DNA of 64,000 bases from assembly GCA_947474065.1 (NCBI GenBank), contig CANJHD010000007.1, forward strand, positions 2,365 to 66,364, in the 5' to 3' direction. The position numbers and the translations under genes were made by a program. The notes below the pieces were generated by a model that was not told the origin of the DNA, searched no databases, and saw only the letters and a list, made by a program, of their open reading frames with translations. Below, piece after piece: positions 10,071 to 19,413 of the stretch (its first letter is position 1; each line of letters begins with the position of its first letter). Source of the DNA: Planctomycetaceae bacterium (GTDB lineage Bacteria > Planctomycetota > Phycisphaerae > Phycisphaerales > SM1A02).

Positions 10071-10820
10071 TCAATGGCGCTGAGCGGCGTCGCTCATCCG
10101 GGCGGCCGATTCGGCAAGTGCCTCGGCAGGGGTACTGACGTGGGTAACACGGCCATCGTCAAGGTGGGCGATTCGATCCGCGAAGTGATAAATACGCTCG
10201 TCGTGAGTCACGACAATCACTACTCGCTCGGCAGCGGCGGTGAGTTCGCGGATCAGAGCCATGACTTTCTGACCAGTGGCGCCATCGAGCGCACTCGTCG
10301 GCTCGTCGCATACCAAGAGGCGCGGACCAGTGACGAGCGCGCGAGCAATCGCTACTCGCTGCTGCTGACCACCAGAAAGTTTGGTCGGTCGCGTGGATTC
10401 GCGGCCCTTCAGACCGACTTCTTCTAGAAGTTTTGCGGCGCGATCTAACGCGTCTCGCTTGGGGTGACGTCGAAGCAGGAGTGGCACGGCAACATTCTCA
10501 AGAATAGAGACCTGAGGAATGAGGTTGAACTGTTGGAAGATGAACCCAACATTCTCCCCGCGCCAAATCGTGCGTTCGTGATTGCTCAGGGCGGATGGAT
10601 CGGTGCCCAGCACAGATAGTGCTCCTTCATCGCGCTGCAACAAACCAGCAAGAATTGAAATGAGCGTGGTCTTGCCGCATCCTGATGGGCCAACCAAGGC
10701 CATCATTTCTCCAAATCGCACTTCAAGATTCACGCCCCGCAAAGCGCGCACCATGGAATCGCCCACACCAAAGGTCTTGAACACTTCGCTGCAAACGATG
10801 CTGTTTGTGGGCTCGCTCAT
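10071..10820 (-). CDS. ABC transporter ATP-binding protein (LolD/MacB/DevA-like)
   Basis: Walker A GPSGCGKT, LSGGQQQRVAIARAL, Walker B CDEPT and VTHD. Confidence 0.95.
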   Translation of the reverse strand: MSEPTNSIVCSEVFKTFGVGDSMVRALRGVNLEVRFGEMMALVGPSGCGKTTLISILAGLLQRDEGALSVLGTDPSALSNHERTIWRGENVGFIFQQFNLIPQVSILENVAVPLLLRRHPKRDALDRAAKLLEEVGLKGRESTRPTKLSGGQQQRVAIARALVTGPRLLVCDEPTSALDGATGQKVMALIRELTAAAERVVIVVTHDERIYHFADRIAHLDDGRVTHVSTPAEALAESAARMSDAAQRH

Positions 10821-11983
10821 CCTTGGAACACCTCGGACGGATCGAGCTTCACTACGCGGCGCATGCTGAGGAGACTAGAAGCAACCACAATGAAGATCAC
10901 CGCTGCAGCGGCGATCACCGGAATGTGCCACGTCATCTTGAAGGCTAATTTGTCACCCGGAATTGCCAGACCAACAATCGAGGTCACACCCAAGCCGATA
11001 CCAAGCCCCAAGACGCCTGCCACTGCACCTTGCAACGCAACAAGTTCGAGAAGCCGAGGCGTGGTGGCCCCCATCGCTTTCATAGCTCCGAAATACTTCA
11101 AATTGTCAAGAGTGAAGTTGTAAAACATCTGCCCGGCAATTGCCACGCCCACTAAGAAACCGAGCACAATTGCAATTCCGAAGTTGATTGGAATTCCCGT
11201 CTGCGTCATCCAATAAGTAATTGTGGTCCATGCGAAATCATGCGGGGTATAAACAGCGAGGCCGGTCTCCCGGGCAATACGGTCGCGCAGTTCAGTAATC
11301 GAAGCCCCATCCACTGCCTTCACCAGAATCATGCTGAGCGTGCGGCGATTGGCTGGCGCAAATCCAATAGCGCGCGAATAGGTGGTGTAGATCGTTGGGA
11401 CATTTTGAAATGTCGGCTTGGTTTCAGCAATGCCGCCAATCACCGCACGACGTTCGTTGAGTTCAAGTTCTTCGCCGATTTCAATCGGGCGCTTTGGACC
11501 GCTCGGATCCGCTGGATTGATGGGCTGAGCAAGGCGCGAGCGCGCGCCGCGCGTCTCAATGATGATGGTGTCCGGCTTGCGCAGAACACTGACATCGCCT
11601 TTCACCATGCGCGCTGGAACGCCAATCAGGCTTGCATCATCGACGCCGACCACATCACAAATTTGCCGGGTACCACTCGGAAGTTTGGCAACTAGCAGGC
11701 CCTTAAACAGCGGAACGGCCCAACCAACGCCGTCCACACTTCGCACCCGTTGCAAGGCTGTCACCTGCATCGGCTTGGTGTCATCCACAAATTGCATGGT
11801 GGGATCGGTAACCCACAGATCAGCTTGCGGCGTTTCCTCAATGAGCGCGTAGGTGCGGCTCATCAGGCCGACAAAGATGCTGGCCTGCTGTGCGATCAAG
11901 AGCGTGGCAAAGGAAAGCCCCAACAAAATTCCGTAGAACTTTGCGGTGTCACCAAAGAGCATCTTGATCGCAATTGTTCGCAT
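10817..11983 (-). CDS. ABC transporter permease (FtsX/DevC-like)
   Basis: 4 TM helices with a large periplasmic loop, FGAMKAMGAT motif; ATGA overlap with the ATPase gene. Confidence 0.9.
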   Translation of the reverse strand: MRTIAIKMLFGDTAKFYGILLGLSFATLLIAQQASIFVGLMSRTYALIEETPQADLWVTDPTMQFVDDTKPMQVTALQRVRSVDGVGWAVPLFKGLLVAKLPSGTRQICDVVGVDDASLIGVPARMVKGDVSVLRKPDTIIIETRGARSRLAQPINPADPSGPKRPIEIGEELELNERRAVIGGIAETKPTFQNVPTIYTTYSRAIGFAPANRRTLSMILVKAVDGASITELRDRIARETGLAVYTPHDFAWTTITYWMTQTGIPINFGIAIVLGFLVGVAIAGQMFYNFTLDNLKYFGAMKAMGATTPRLLELVALQGAVAGVLGLGIGLGVTSIVGLAIPGDKLAFKMTWHIPVIAAAAVIFIVVASSLLSMRRVVKLDPSEVFQG

Positions 11984-11995
11984 GAAAAGATCTGC

Positions 11996-14014
11996 TTAGA
12001 GCTTCAGCTGGAAGCCAAATTCAACAGTGCGATCGGAAGGAAGATTGAACGCACTGGTCACATCAGCGGCATTGGAATGCAGGAAGATAAAGACGCCCTT
12101 GCGCCAACTGGCCATACGCGCCGGACCGCCAGGAACCAATTGCATCTTGCGCGCAAAGTACGTGGTTTCTTCCGTGTCGAAGGGCAAACCGCGCTCGCGC
12201 GCAAGGCGCAGAATCGCCGGAGCATCCGGCTGTTCCATGAATCCAACCTGCGCGGAGACACTCCAAAATCCGTCTGGCATCCAACGAACTACCACGCGCT
12301 CACGATCGGCTACATACGGTTGTTCACTCGGGGCGATGGAGAGAAGGATCACTTGCTCGTGCAGAACATGCGCGTGCTTGACGAAATTCACAAGTGCAAA
12401 CGGCGCCTGCGTAGATGGCGTCATGAATACTGCAGTGCCCGGCACGCGTGGCACCACATCCGACCAAAGCCGCGCCAGGAATTCGTGAATTGTCTCGCCT
12501 TGTGCTGCAATCTGCCGCCCGATCGCCAATGTCCCTTGATTCCAAGTGACCATCACAATCGAACCCGCGGCAGCGATGGCCAGCGCATACCAACCGCCGT
12601 GGAACACTTTGAGCAGGTTGGAGGAGAGGAATGCCATATCGATCGCGAGGAAGGAACCGACCACGAGCCATACCACTGGCGGTTTCCACTTCCATGTCTT
12701 GATTGCCACTTCGGCAAACAGAAGCGATGTGATTCCCATGACTGCTGTTACCGCAATGCCGTACGCATCGGCGAGCGCAGTGGAGGATCGGAACAAGAAG
12801 ACCGTGGTCAGGCAGCCGATCATCATGGTCCAATTGAGGAACGGAATGTAGATCTGACCTTCAGTGAAACTGGACGTATGGACCACCGCAAGGCGTGGCA
12901 AGTAGTTCAGTCGAATCGCTTGGCGTGCCATTGAGAAGACGCCGGAGATCATGGCTTGGCTAGCAACAATGGTTGCGAATGTGGCGAGAACAACCATCGG
13001 AATAACCCAGCCCGCTGGGACGAGTCCGTAGAAAGGCTTGTAGGAGCTCAGTGCTGAAGGATCGGGCGGATTCGCAATCGCCCATGCGCCTTGCCCGAAG
13101 TAATTCAGAATCAAGCACGGCCACACAATCGAGAACCAACCGATTCGAATTGGACCGATTCCGAAGTGTCCAATGTCGGCATACAAAGCCTCCGCGCCCG
13201 TGACGACAAGGACGATTGAGCCAAGCAGGAGGAATGTTCCAGAAGGATTCGCTGCGATTAACTGAATTGCGTAGTGCGGGCTCACTGCCGCAAGCACGCT
13301 TGGGTCAGAGATGATCGCGCGTAGTCCAAGAATTCCCAACACACTAAACCACAGAAGCATGACTGGACCGAAGATCCGACCGATATGACCAGTTCCAAAG
13401 CGTTGCACCGCGAAGAACAACACAAGTACCACTGTGGTTAATGGCGCCACCCATCCTTGCAAGCTTTCATCAAAGATGGAGAGACCTTCCATCGCAGAAA
13501 GCACTGATATGGATGGCGTGATGACTCCATCGCCAAACAGCAATGCGCTGCCCATAATGGCCATCGCACCGAAGAAAGCAAGGCGGTAATCCGCGCGACG
13601 CTGAAGTCCGCGCGGCAGGAGCGAGAGCAACGCAAACAATCCACCCTCGCCGCGATTGGTTGCGCGCATGATCAGCAACTGATACTTGGCAACGACCACA
13701 AGGAAGAGCGCCCAGAAAATCAAACTCAGAACGCCCATGACAAACGCGCGGTCAGCACTCCCGTGGTGGGCGATGGTTTCCTGAAATGCATACAAAGGGC
13801 TAGTGCCAATGTCTCCGAACACCACTCCAACCGCACCAATCGCCAACGCAATGGCGCCGCCATGGCTCTTGCTTGGGCGACCGCTGGACAAGTGTGAATC
13901 AGGCGCAAGGGACTGCGTCGACGCATCGGCTTGGGTGCCATTCACCACCGTCGGCACGATGGGTGCTGTCGGGGCGTCAAGTCCTGGGCGTGCGTTGGAT
14001 GCGTCGTCTGGCAC
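11996..14014 (-). CDS. kup: KUP/HAK/KT potassium transporter
   Basis: GVVFGDIGTSPLYA, GDGVITPSISVLSA, TGAEALYADIGHFG and GQIYIP motifs. Confidence 0.95.
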   Translation of the reverse strand: MPDDASNARPGLDAPTAPIVPTVVNGTQADASTQSLAPDSHLSSGRPSKSHGGAIALAIGAVGVVFGDIGTSPLYAFQETIAHHGSADRAFVMGVLSLIFWALFLVVVAKYQLLIMRATNRGEGGLFALLSLLPRGLQRRADYRLAFFGAMAIMGSALLFGDGVITPSISVLSAMEGLSIFDESLQGWVAPLTTVVLVLFFAVQRFGTGHIGRIFGPVMLLWFSVLGILGLRAIISDPSVLAAVSPHYAIQLIAANPSGTFLLLGSIVLVVTGAEALYADIGHFGIGPIRIGWFSIVWPCLILNYFGQGAWAIANPPDPSALSSYKPFYGLVPAGWVIPMVVLATFATIVASQAMISGVFSMARQAIRLNYLPRLAVVHTSSFTEGQIYIPFLNWTMMIGCLTTVFLFRSSTALADAYGIAVTAVMGITSLLFAEVAIKTWKWKPPVVWLVVGSFLAIDMAFLSSNLLKVFHGGWYALAIAAAGSIVMVTWNQGTLAIGRQIAAQGETIHEFLARLWSDVVPRVPGTAVFMTPSTQAPFALVNFVKHAHVLHEQVILLSIAPSEQPYVADRERVVVRWMPDGFWSVSAQVGFMEQPDAPAILRLARERGLPFDTEETTYFARKMQLVPGGPARMASWRKGVFIFLHSNAADVTSAFNLPSDRTVEFGFQLKL

Positions 14015-14082
14015 TGGCGGTGCCTCCGGGAGGGAGGCGGGGCGACATTGTACTTCGGCTGTCGCTGCCGAAATTCAAGGCA

Positions 14083-15579
14083 TTAGTGCGTATTTGCTGA
14101 TTTCACAGTGAATGGTGTCTTTACCTTGGCGGTGACGCCCGTTGCGACATCGGTTGCTTCGATTGCTAAGCGATACTGGCCTGCAAGCATCGGCGTTGGC
14201 AGGCGAACCATGCGCGTAATAAAGAGTTCGTCAGTCGGCACTGCTGCGGAATGAGTTGCATCGAGTGGACCTTCGCTCCATATGGAAGACCCCGCGAGGT
14301 TCTCAATGCGAAGCGAATACTGAGCATGTGCAGCAACGCGCCCGCCGATACCGGGAACGAACGGCCAATTGACCAACTCAACATAGACGAGGAACCGATC
14401 GCCGGCATGCAATGCGCCGGCATCAAGAGGTTCGATATCGCCAAAGGCGCGAACCTTCGAAGCAATGACTGGATTCGCAAGCTTGAGAAGCGCTGGGGCC
14501 GGAATAGGTGTTGGCGCGGGAGTTGGAACTGGCTCTGCAACTGGCGCCGTTGTTGGCTCTGGTGCGGGCGCTGGCGCAGGTTCTGCAACTGGCGCCGGCG
14601 TTGGCTCTGGTGCGGGCACAGGCGCAGGTTCTGCAACTGGCGCCGGTGTTGGCTCTGGTGCGGGCACAGGCGCAGGTTCTGTAACTGGCGCCGGTGCTGG
14701 CTCTGGTGCGGGCGCAGGCGCAGGTTCTGCAACTGGCGCCGGCGTTGGCTCTGGTGCGGGCACAGGCGCAGGTTCTGCAACTGGCGCCGGTGTTGGCTCT
14801 GGTGCGGGCGCAGGCGCAGGCTCTGCAACTGGCGCCGGCGTTGGCTCTGGTGCGGGCGCAGGTTCTGTAACTGGCGCCGGTGCTGGCTCTGGTGCGGGCG
14901 CAGGCATTGGCTCGGCTGCTGGCACAAGCGCCGGTTCTGGCTCCGGCCCGCGCGCGGGTGTCGGAGCGGGTCGCTCGCGAACTCCGGCTCGATCGGTGAC
15001 GGGAATGATCACCGTTCCAGTGAGCATTGCCGGCGCTACCGGGGCGGGTCCCTTCGAAGTCACCCGCTTTGGCATCGTTGGTTCTGGCGGAAGTTCGACC
15101 GGTGCCGCTGGCATCGCTTCTGTAATCCGCGACTCAGCAACCTCTGGCTCCGTCGTCACCGCTGTCGCTGCAACCGTCGCAACTGGCTCCGTTGTCGCAA
15201 CTGCCGCTGCCGGCTCCGGCAACAGCGGGGGCGGAGCAGTGTCGATAGCACGCATCGTGTCCGTCGGCATCGCCTCTGCCGAATTCGCTTCCGGCACTGC
15301 GGCAACCTGCGCCGGACTCGCTGTTGGCAATGTCATCTCAAACATCGGCATCGCGGACGGACGAACGCTCGAACTCGTCGTATGAACCGCAACGTGTGAA
15401 TCAATTTGCCGCCGCACATCTGCCTGCGGCAATGGGTCGACGGTGTCACGAATCACCACAGAGGACGCGCGTACTGGAGTGATCGGCGGGGGCGTACTGC
15501 GCTGCCCCGACGAACACGCCGTCACTGCGGCAAGAACCGGAAGCGTGGCGCAATGGAACAGCGTGCTTGTGTATTTCAT
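14083..15579 (-). CDS. Lipoprotein with long Pro/Ala/Glu repeat linker and C-terminal Ig-like domain
   Basis: Lipobox-like LAAVTAC; tandem PAPEP repeats; globular beta-rich last ~135 aa; ATGA overlap with holA. Confidence 0.75.
   Translation of the reverse strand: MKYTSTLFHCATLPVLAAVTACSSGQRSTPPPITPVRASSVVIRDTVDPLPQADVRRQIDSHVAVHTTSSSVRPSAMPMFEMTLPTASPAQVAAVPEANSAEAMPTDTMRAIDTAPPPLLPEPAAAVATTEPVATVAATAVTTEPEVAESRITEAMPAAPVELPPEPTMPKRVTSKGPAPVAPAMLTGTVIIPVTDRAGVRERPAPTPARGPEPEPALVPAAEPMPAPAPEPAPAPVTEPAPAPEPTPAPVAEPAPAPAPEPTPAPVAEPAPVPAPEPTPAPVAEPAPAPAPEPAPAPVTEPAPVPAPEPTPAPVAEPAPVPAPEPTPAPVAEPAPAPAPEPTTAPVAEPVPTPAPTPIPAPALLKLANPVIASKVRAFGDIEPLDAGALHAGDRFLVYVELVNWPFVPGIGGRVAAHAQYSLRIENLAGSSIWSEGPLDATHSAAVPTDELFITRMVRLPTPMLAGQYRLAIEATDVATGVTAKVKTPFTVKSANTH
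14531..14902. repeat. Intragenic tandem repeat, 48-bp unit (about 8 copies, the last two shortened to 42 bp)
   Basis: Unit GGTTCTGCAACTGGCGCCGGYGTTGGCTCTGGTGCGGGCRCAGGCGCA encodes EPAP(V/A)PAPEP(T/A)PAPV(A/T) on the - strand. Confidence 0.95.
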
Positions 15580-16604
15580 CGAATGCGTTCTCCGATGGTA
15601 ACCAATAGAGCCTCATAGGTTCGGGTGCTATCCGAACTGAGCCCCGACTTCGTCCGCATATCGGTGCGCACGCACTCAGACAGCAGCGCGGCAGCGGCGT
15701 CAGTGCCAAGCGCTCGCGCGGCGCGACACACCAACGCCTGCGCATCTCCCCAAAGTTTCAGCTGTTTAGCAACTGCAAATTCGTTCTGCCCCTCGTCCAG
15801 AAGCCGCGCCGCATCGTGCGCCTTACGAAGGAGATCGATGATGGTCCAGCCAATCATCACATCTGGAACGCCAGAAATACGCACTAGTTCGTTCAGCTTC
15901 ACAAGCGCGGCGCGCGGCCCTTCCCGAATCAGGACCGATTGCAACCCAAATGATTGCTCCTCCCGCGAGAGACCAACAAATTCGGCAACCAGCGCACGTG
16001 AGATTGGTTTGCCCTCACCAGCCGCGGCCGCCAATTTGGCGAGTTCCGTATCGATACGCGCGAGGTCCGGCCCAATCTTTTCAACCAGTAATTCCGCAGA
16101 GCCAGCCGCCAACTGTGCGCCGTGAGGCTTCTCCGCTCGCGCACCGCACCAGCGGATTGCTTCTTGATCGGTCGGAGGTTCGCACTTGATCACCGCACCT
16201 CCTCCCGCCTCAACAAGCTTGTCGAATTTCCCGGGATTCCACCGCGCACCCGCACGCATAAGGAGCGTGCTCTCTTGCTGCGGATTCTCCGCGTAGCGCT
16301 CCATGGCACGGCGGCGATCTTCGGCACCGATGAATGACTCAGCATTGTCAATCACAATAAGCTTGTGCTGCGAGAGCAATCCATAGGAGCGCAGTTCGTC
16401 CATCACCTGCGCTAAGGTTGCTGATGCGCCATCAAACTCAAATCGATCGACGGACCCGAATTTCTCTGTCAGCGCTGCATGGAGTTGCCGCGAGCGCTCG
16501 ACACGGGTGAAGGAATCCTTACCCGTAAGCACCACGATCCGCATCGACGCGTCGGGGGACATGCGGGTTGCCTTCGATCCAGAAGCTGCTGAAGCACGTG
16601 CCAT
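15576..16604 (-). CDS. holA: DNA polymerase III delta subunit
   Basis: VVLTGKDSF, DELRSYGLLSQHKLIVI and GPDLARIDTELAKL match HolA architecture. Start uncertain (16604 or 16563). Confidence 0.85.
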   Translation of the reverse strand: MARASAASGSKATRMSPDASMRIVVLTGKDSFTRVERSRQLHAALTEKFGSVDRFEFDGASATLAQVMDELRSYGLLSQHKLIVIDNAESFIGAEDRRRAMERYAENPQQESTLLMRAGARWNPGKFDKLVEAGGGAVIKCEPPTDQEAIRWCGARAEKPHGAQLAAGSAELLVEKIGPDLARIDTELAKLAAAAGEGKPISRALVAEFVGLSREEQSFGLQSVLIREGPRAALVKLNELVRISGVPDVMIGWTIIDLLRKAHDAARLLDEGQNEFAVAKQLKLWGDAQALVCRAARALGTDAAAALLSECVRTDMRTKSGLSSDSTRTYEALLVTIGERIR

Positions 16605-16646
16605 CGGGACGCGGATTGTAAGACGCCCGCGGGGTACGCTCCGACC

Positions 16647-18008
16647 GTGCCGGAAACGAACTTTGACGGAATCGTCGGCCCCACCCACAACTATGCCGGG
16701 CTATCACCCGGAAATGTGGCAAGCACCTCGAATCAAGGTGCCATTGCCCGACCACGCGACGCGGCGCTGCAAGGCCTTGCCAAAGCCGCCGCACTCGCGC
16801 GCCTCGGGCTTGTGCAAGGATGGATCCCACCACAAGAGCGACCGCACATTCCAACGTTGAACGCTCTCGGGTTCACTGGTTCGGAAGAAGTCGTCATCGC
16901 ATCAGCCGCACGCGAAGCGCCGCATCTCTTGGCACGCGCATCAAGTGCCAGTGCAATGTGGACCGCCAACGCTGCCACAGTGACGCCTTCGAAAGATTCT
17001 GGTGATGGTCGTGTCCACATGACTGTCGCCAATTTGCGAACTATGCCGCATCGCTCCATCGAAGCGCCGCAGACTGCTCGCACGCTGCGTGCAATCTTCC
17101 ATAGTGAGAGGCACTTTGCAATTCATGATGCGCTTGCGAACCTCAACGCGTCTGGAGCACCATCACCGTGGGGCGATGAAGGCGCAGCCAATCACACGCG
17201 ATTCACGGCGAGTAGCAACAACGGTGGCGAAGTTTCCGGCGTTCATCTCTTTGTGTTCGGCGCGCAAGCAAGCGGTGCCGGTCGGCGTCCTTCGCGCTAT
17301 CCCGCGCGACAGACGCTTGAAGCTGGTCAGGCAATCGCGGCGCTGCACGGAATTCCCAACGAGCGATGTATCCACGCCCAACAACATCCGGCGGCTATTG
17401 ACCACGGCGTATTCCATAACGATGTGATCTCTGTTGGAAATGGGTCTTTCTATCTCGTACATGAACTTGCACTACTTGATCAAGACCGAGTCCTTGATGA
17501 TCTTGCCGCAATGGTTGGCCCAAATTTCCAAGCGCTCGTTGTGCCGGAATCTGAAGTGAGTGTTGCGGATGCGGTGCGCACTTATCTATTCAACTCGCAA
17601 TTGATCACTTTGCCCGATGGCGTGATGGCACTCATCCTTCCTGTGGAGAGTGAGGGTCATCCGGGCATTGCGCGGCTTGTGCAGCAAATGGTCAGTAGCG
17701 ACGCATGCCCAGTGAAGTCTGTGATTTATCTGAATGTCCGTGAAAGCATGCGCAACGGCGGTGGGCCAGCGTGCTTGCGGCTACGGGTTCCACTGACGCC
17801 GGAAGAGGTATCAGCGGTCGCTCCAGGATGCCTGTGGACGCCAGCAGGTCACGTAGCCCTTGAGTCATGGGTGCGGCGCCATTATCGCGAGGAACTGTCC
17901 CCAAAGGACCTTGCCGACCCGCAACTCCTCCGTGAGTCCCGTTCTGCGCTCGACGAGTTGACTGACCTACTTGGCGTTGGCTCAATCTACGACTTCCAAC
18001 ACGCGTAA
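16647..18008 (+). CDS. astB: N-succinylarginine dihydrolase
   Basis: NFDGIVGPTHNYAGLSPGN, SASAMWTANAA, GDEGAANH, GVFHNDVI and SMRNGGGPACLRLRV. Confidence 0.95.
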   Translation: MPETNFDGIVGPTHNYAGLSPGNVASTSNQGAIARPRDAALQGLAKAAALARLGLVQGWIPPQERPHIPTLNALGFTGSEEVVIASAAREAPHLLARASSASAMWTANAATVTPSKDSGDGRVHMTVANLRTMPHRSIEAPQTARTLRAIFHSERHFAIHDALANLNASGAPSPWGDEGAANHTRFTASSNNGGEVSGVHLFVFGAQASGAGRRPSRYPARQTLEAGQAIAALHGIPNERCIHAQQHPAAIDHGVFHNDVISVGNGSFYLVHELALLDQDRVLDDLAAMVGPNFQALVVPESEVSVADAVRTYLFNSQLITLPDGVMALILPVESEGHPGIARLVQQMVSSDACPVKSVIYLNVRESMRNGGGPACLRLRVPLTPEEVSAVAPGCLWTPAGHVALESWVRRHYREELSPKDLADPQLLRESRSALDELTDLLGVGSIYDFQHA

Positions 18009-18032
18009 GAGACGCCCGGCGCGCGCGTACCG

Positions 18033-19409
18033 TTGCGAAGTACGATCAACGGCGTGGATCGAACAAAGCGCATCGTCCTCATCTTGGCCGCCGTGATTGC
18101 TGTGGGCATTGCGGTCAGCGTGATCATCCGGCAGCGCACCCCGGCAGCGCCAGTTCCTGTTGCGCCCACGCCTGCGCCTGTGCCTCCACCCGCGCCCGCG
18201 CCTCCACCGAAACTTGTTGAAGCGGGCTCGGAAGATGTACATGGTCCGCCCACTGCGCTTCGCGACTGGATTGCGCCAGAAGAAATCGCCGCAAAGGAAG
18301 CAGCTCGCCTCGCGGAAGAATTGCGAACGAAATCGCGCGACGCATTTGCGCGCGGCATTGCGGCGCAGAAATCTGGCGATCAAGTAGCAGCCATTGCCGC
18401 ATACCGCGAGGCACTCACCATTGATGCTGGAATGGCCGGCGCATGGACCAACCTTGCACTGGCACTTGATGCCACTGGGAACACCAAAGACGCACTCGAG
18501 GCCGCGCGCAAGGCGGTTGCGCTACCTGCCATGAAGGACGCCAAGCGCCGCGCCCACGCAATGCACACTGTTGGCCACCTTGCACTCAAGACTGGCGCGC
18601 GCGACGAAGCGGTTGCAGCGTTTGAAGAAGCACTGCACGCGGATGCACGGCAAGCTGCGGCGGCGCTCGCCCTTGCCAACATTTGGAACAACGAAGGAAA
18701 GCCTGAAAGGGCGCTCGCAGCACTCATGGTTGCCAAAGAAGCAGGCGCAGAAAGCGCTGCGATCTACACCGCGCTCGCCATTCACTGGTGGAATGCTGGT
18801 GACATTGGAAAGGCCACAAGCAGCTCAGAAGATGCGATCCGCATCGATGCCAATGAAGTTGAGGCGAAAGCAGTTCTTGGCTGGTGCTGCCTAGCACAGA
18901 AACATTGGGGGGATGCCGCGCAACGACTGGACGAAGTTGCTCGCGCGCGACCGGACGACCCTGACGTACATGCCGCACTCGGATACGCCTACGACAAACT
19001 CGGACGGCACCAAGACGCTGTTACCGCCTTTGATCGCGCCATTGCCATTGCGCCGGCGCATCCATCCGCGCATGCGCAACGCGGCGCGGCACTCGAAGCA
19101 ACTGGCGATGTTGAACGCGCGCGCCTTGCCTACGAAATTGCTGCAAAGAGCGGCTCACCAGAAAGTGTGGCTGCGTCGCAGATGAAACTTGCGGTAGTGG
19201 CATACAAAGACAAGCGTTGGGCTGACGCACGAACACTGGCCGAGGCGGCCATCGCTGCTGACCCCAAGTCTGTTCAAGCGCGCTACGTACTTGGTTTAGC
19301 GTGCTTCGCGCTTGGCGACCGCAAGTGCACGGGCGAGCAGGAATATCAACTGACCCTGCTCGATGCGGAACGCGCGGCAGATCTACGCAAGCTCATATCC
19401 GAGGAATGA
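18033..19409 (+). CDS. Membrane-anchored TPR-repeat protein
   Basis: N-terminal TM helix, Pro-rich linker and many TPR units (AWTNLALAL, VHAALGYAY, ARYVLGLAC). Confidence 0.85.
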   Translation: MRSTINGVDRTKRIVLILAAVIAVGIAVSVIIRQRTPAAPVPVAPTPAPVPPPAPAPPPKLVEAGSEDVHGPPTALRDWIAPEEIAAKEAARLAEELRTKSRDAFARGIAAQKSGDQVAAIAAYREALTIDAGMAGAWTNLALALDATGNTKDALEAARKAVALPAMKDAKRRAHAMHTVGHLALKTGARDEAVAAFEEALHADARQAAAALALANIWNNEGKPERALAALMVAKEAGAESAAIYTALAIHWWNAGDIGKATSSSEDAIRIDANEVEAKAVLGWCCLAQKHWGDAAQRLDEVARARPDDPDVHAALGYAYDKLGRHQDAVTAFDRAIAIAPAHPSAHAQRGAALEATGDVERARLAYEIAAKSGSPESVAASQMKLAVVAYKDKRWADARTLAEAAIAADPKSVQARYVLGLACFALGDRKCTGEQEYQLTLLDAERAADLRKLISEE

Positions 19410-19413
19410 CTCG

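Noticed and set aside
11750..12934. Long antisense ORFs (also 42262..43164, 14251..15399, 59729..60601)
   Set aside because: They are shadow frames opposite well-supported genes in high-GC DNA.
14531..14902. Regular repeats as a CRISPR array
   Set aside because: The units are directly tandem with no unique spacers, are in-frame coding, and have no cas genes nearby.
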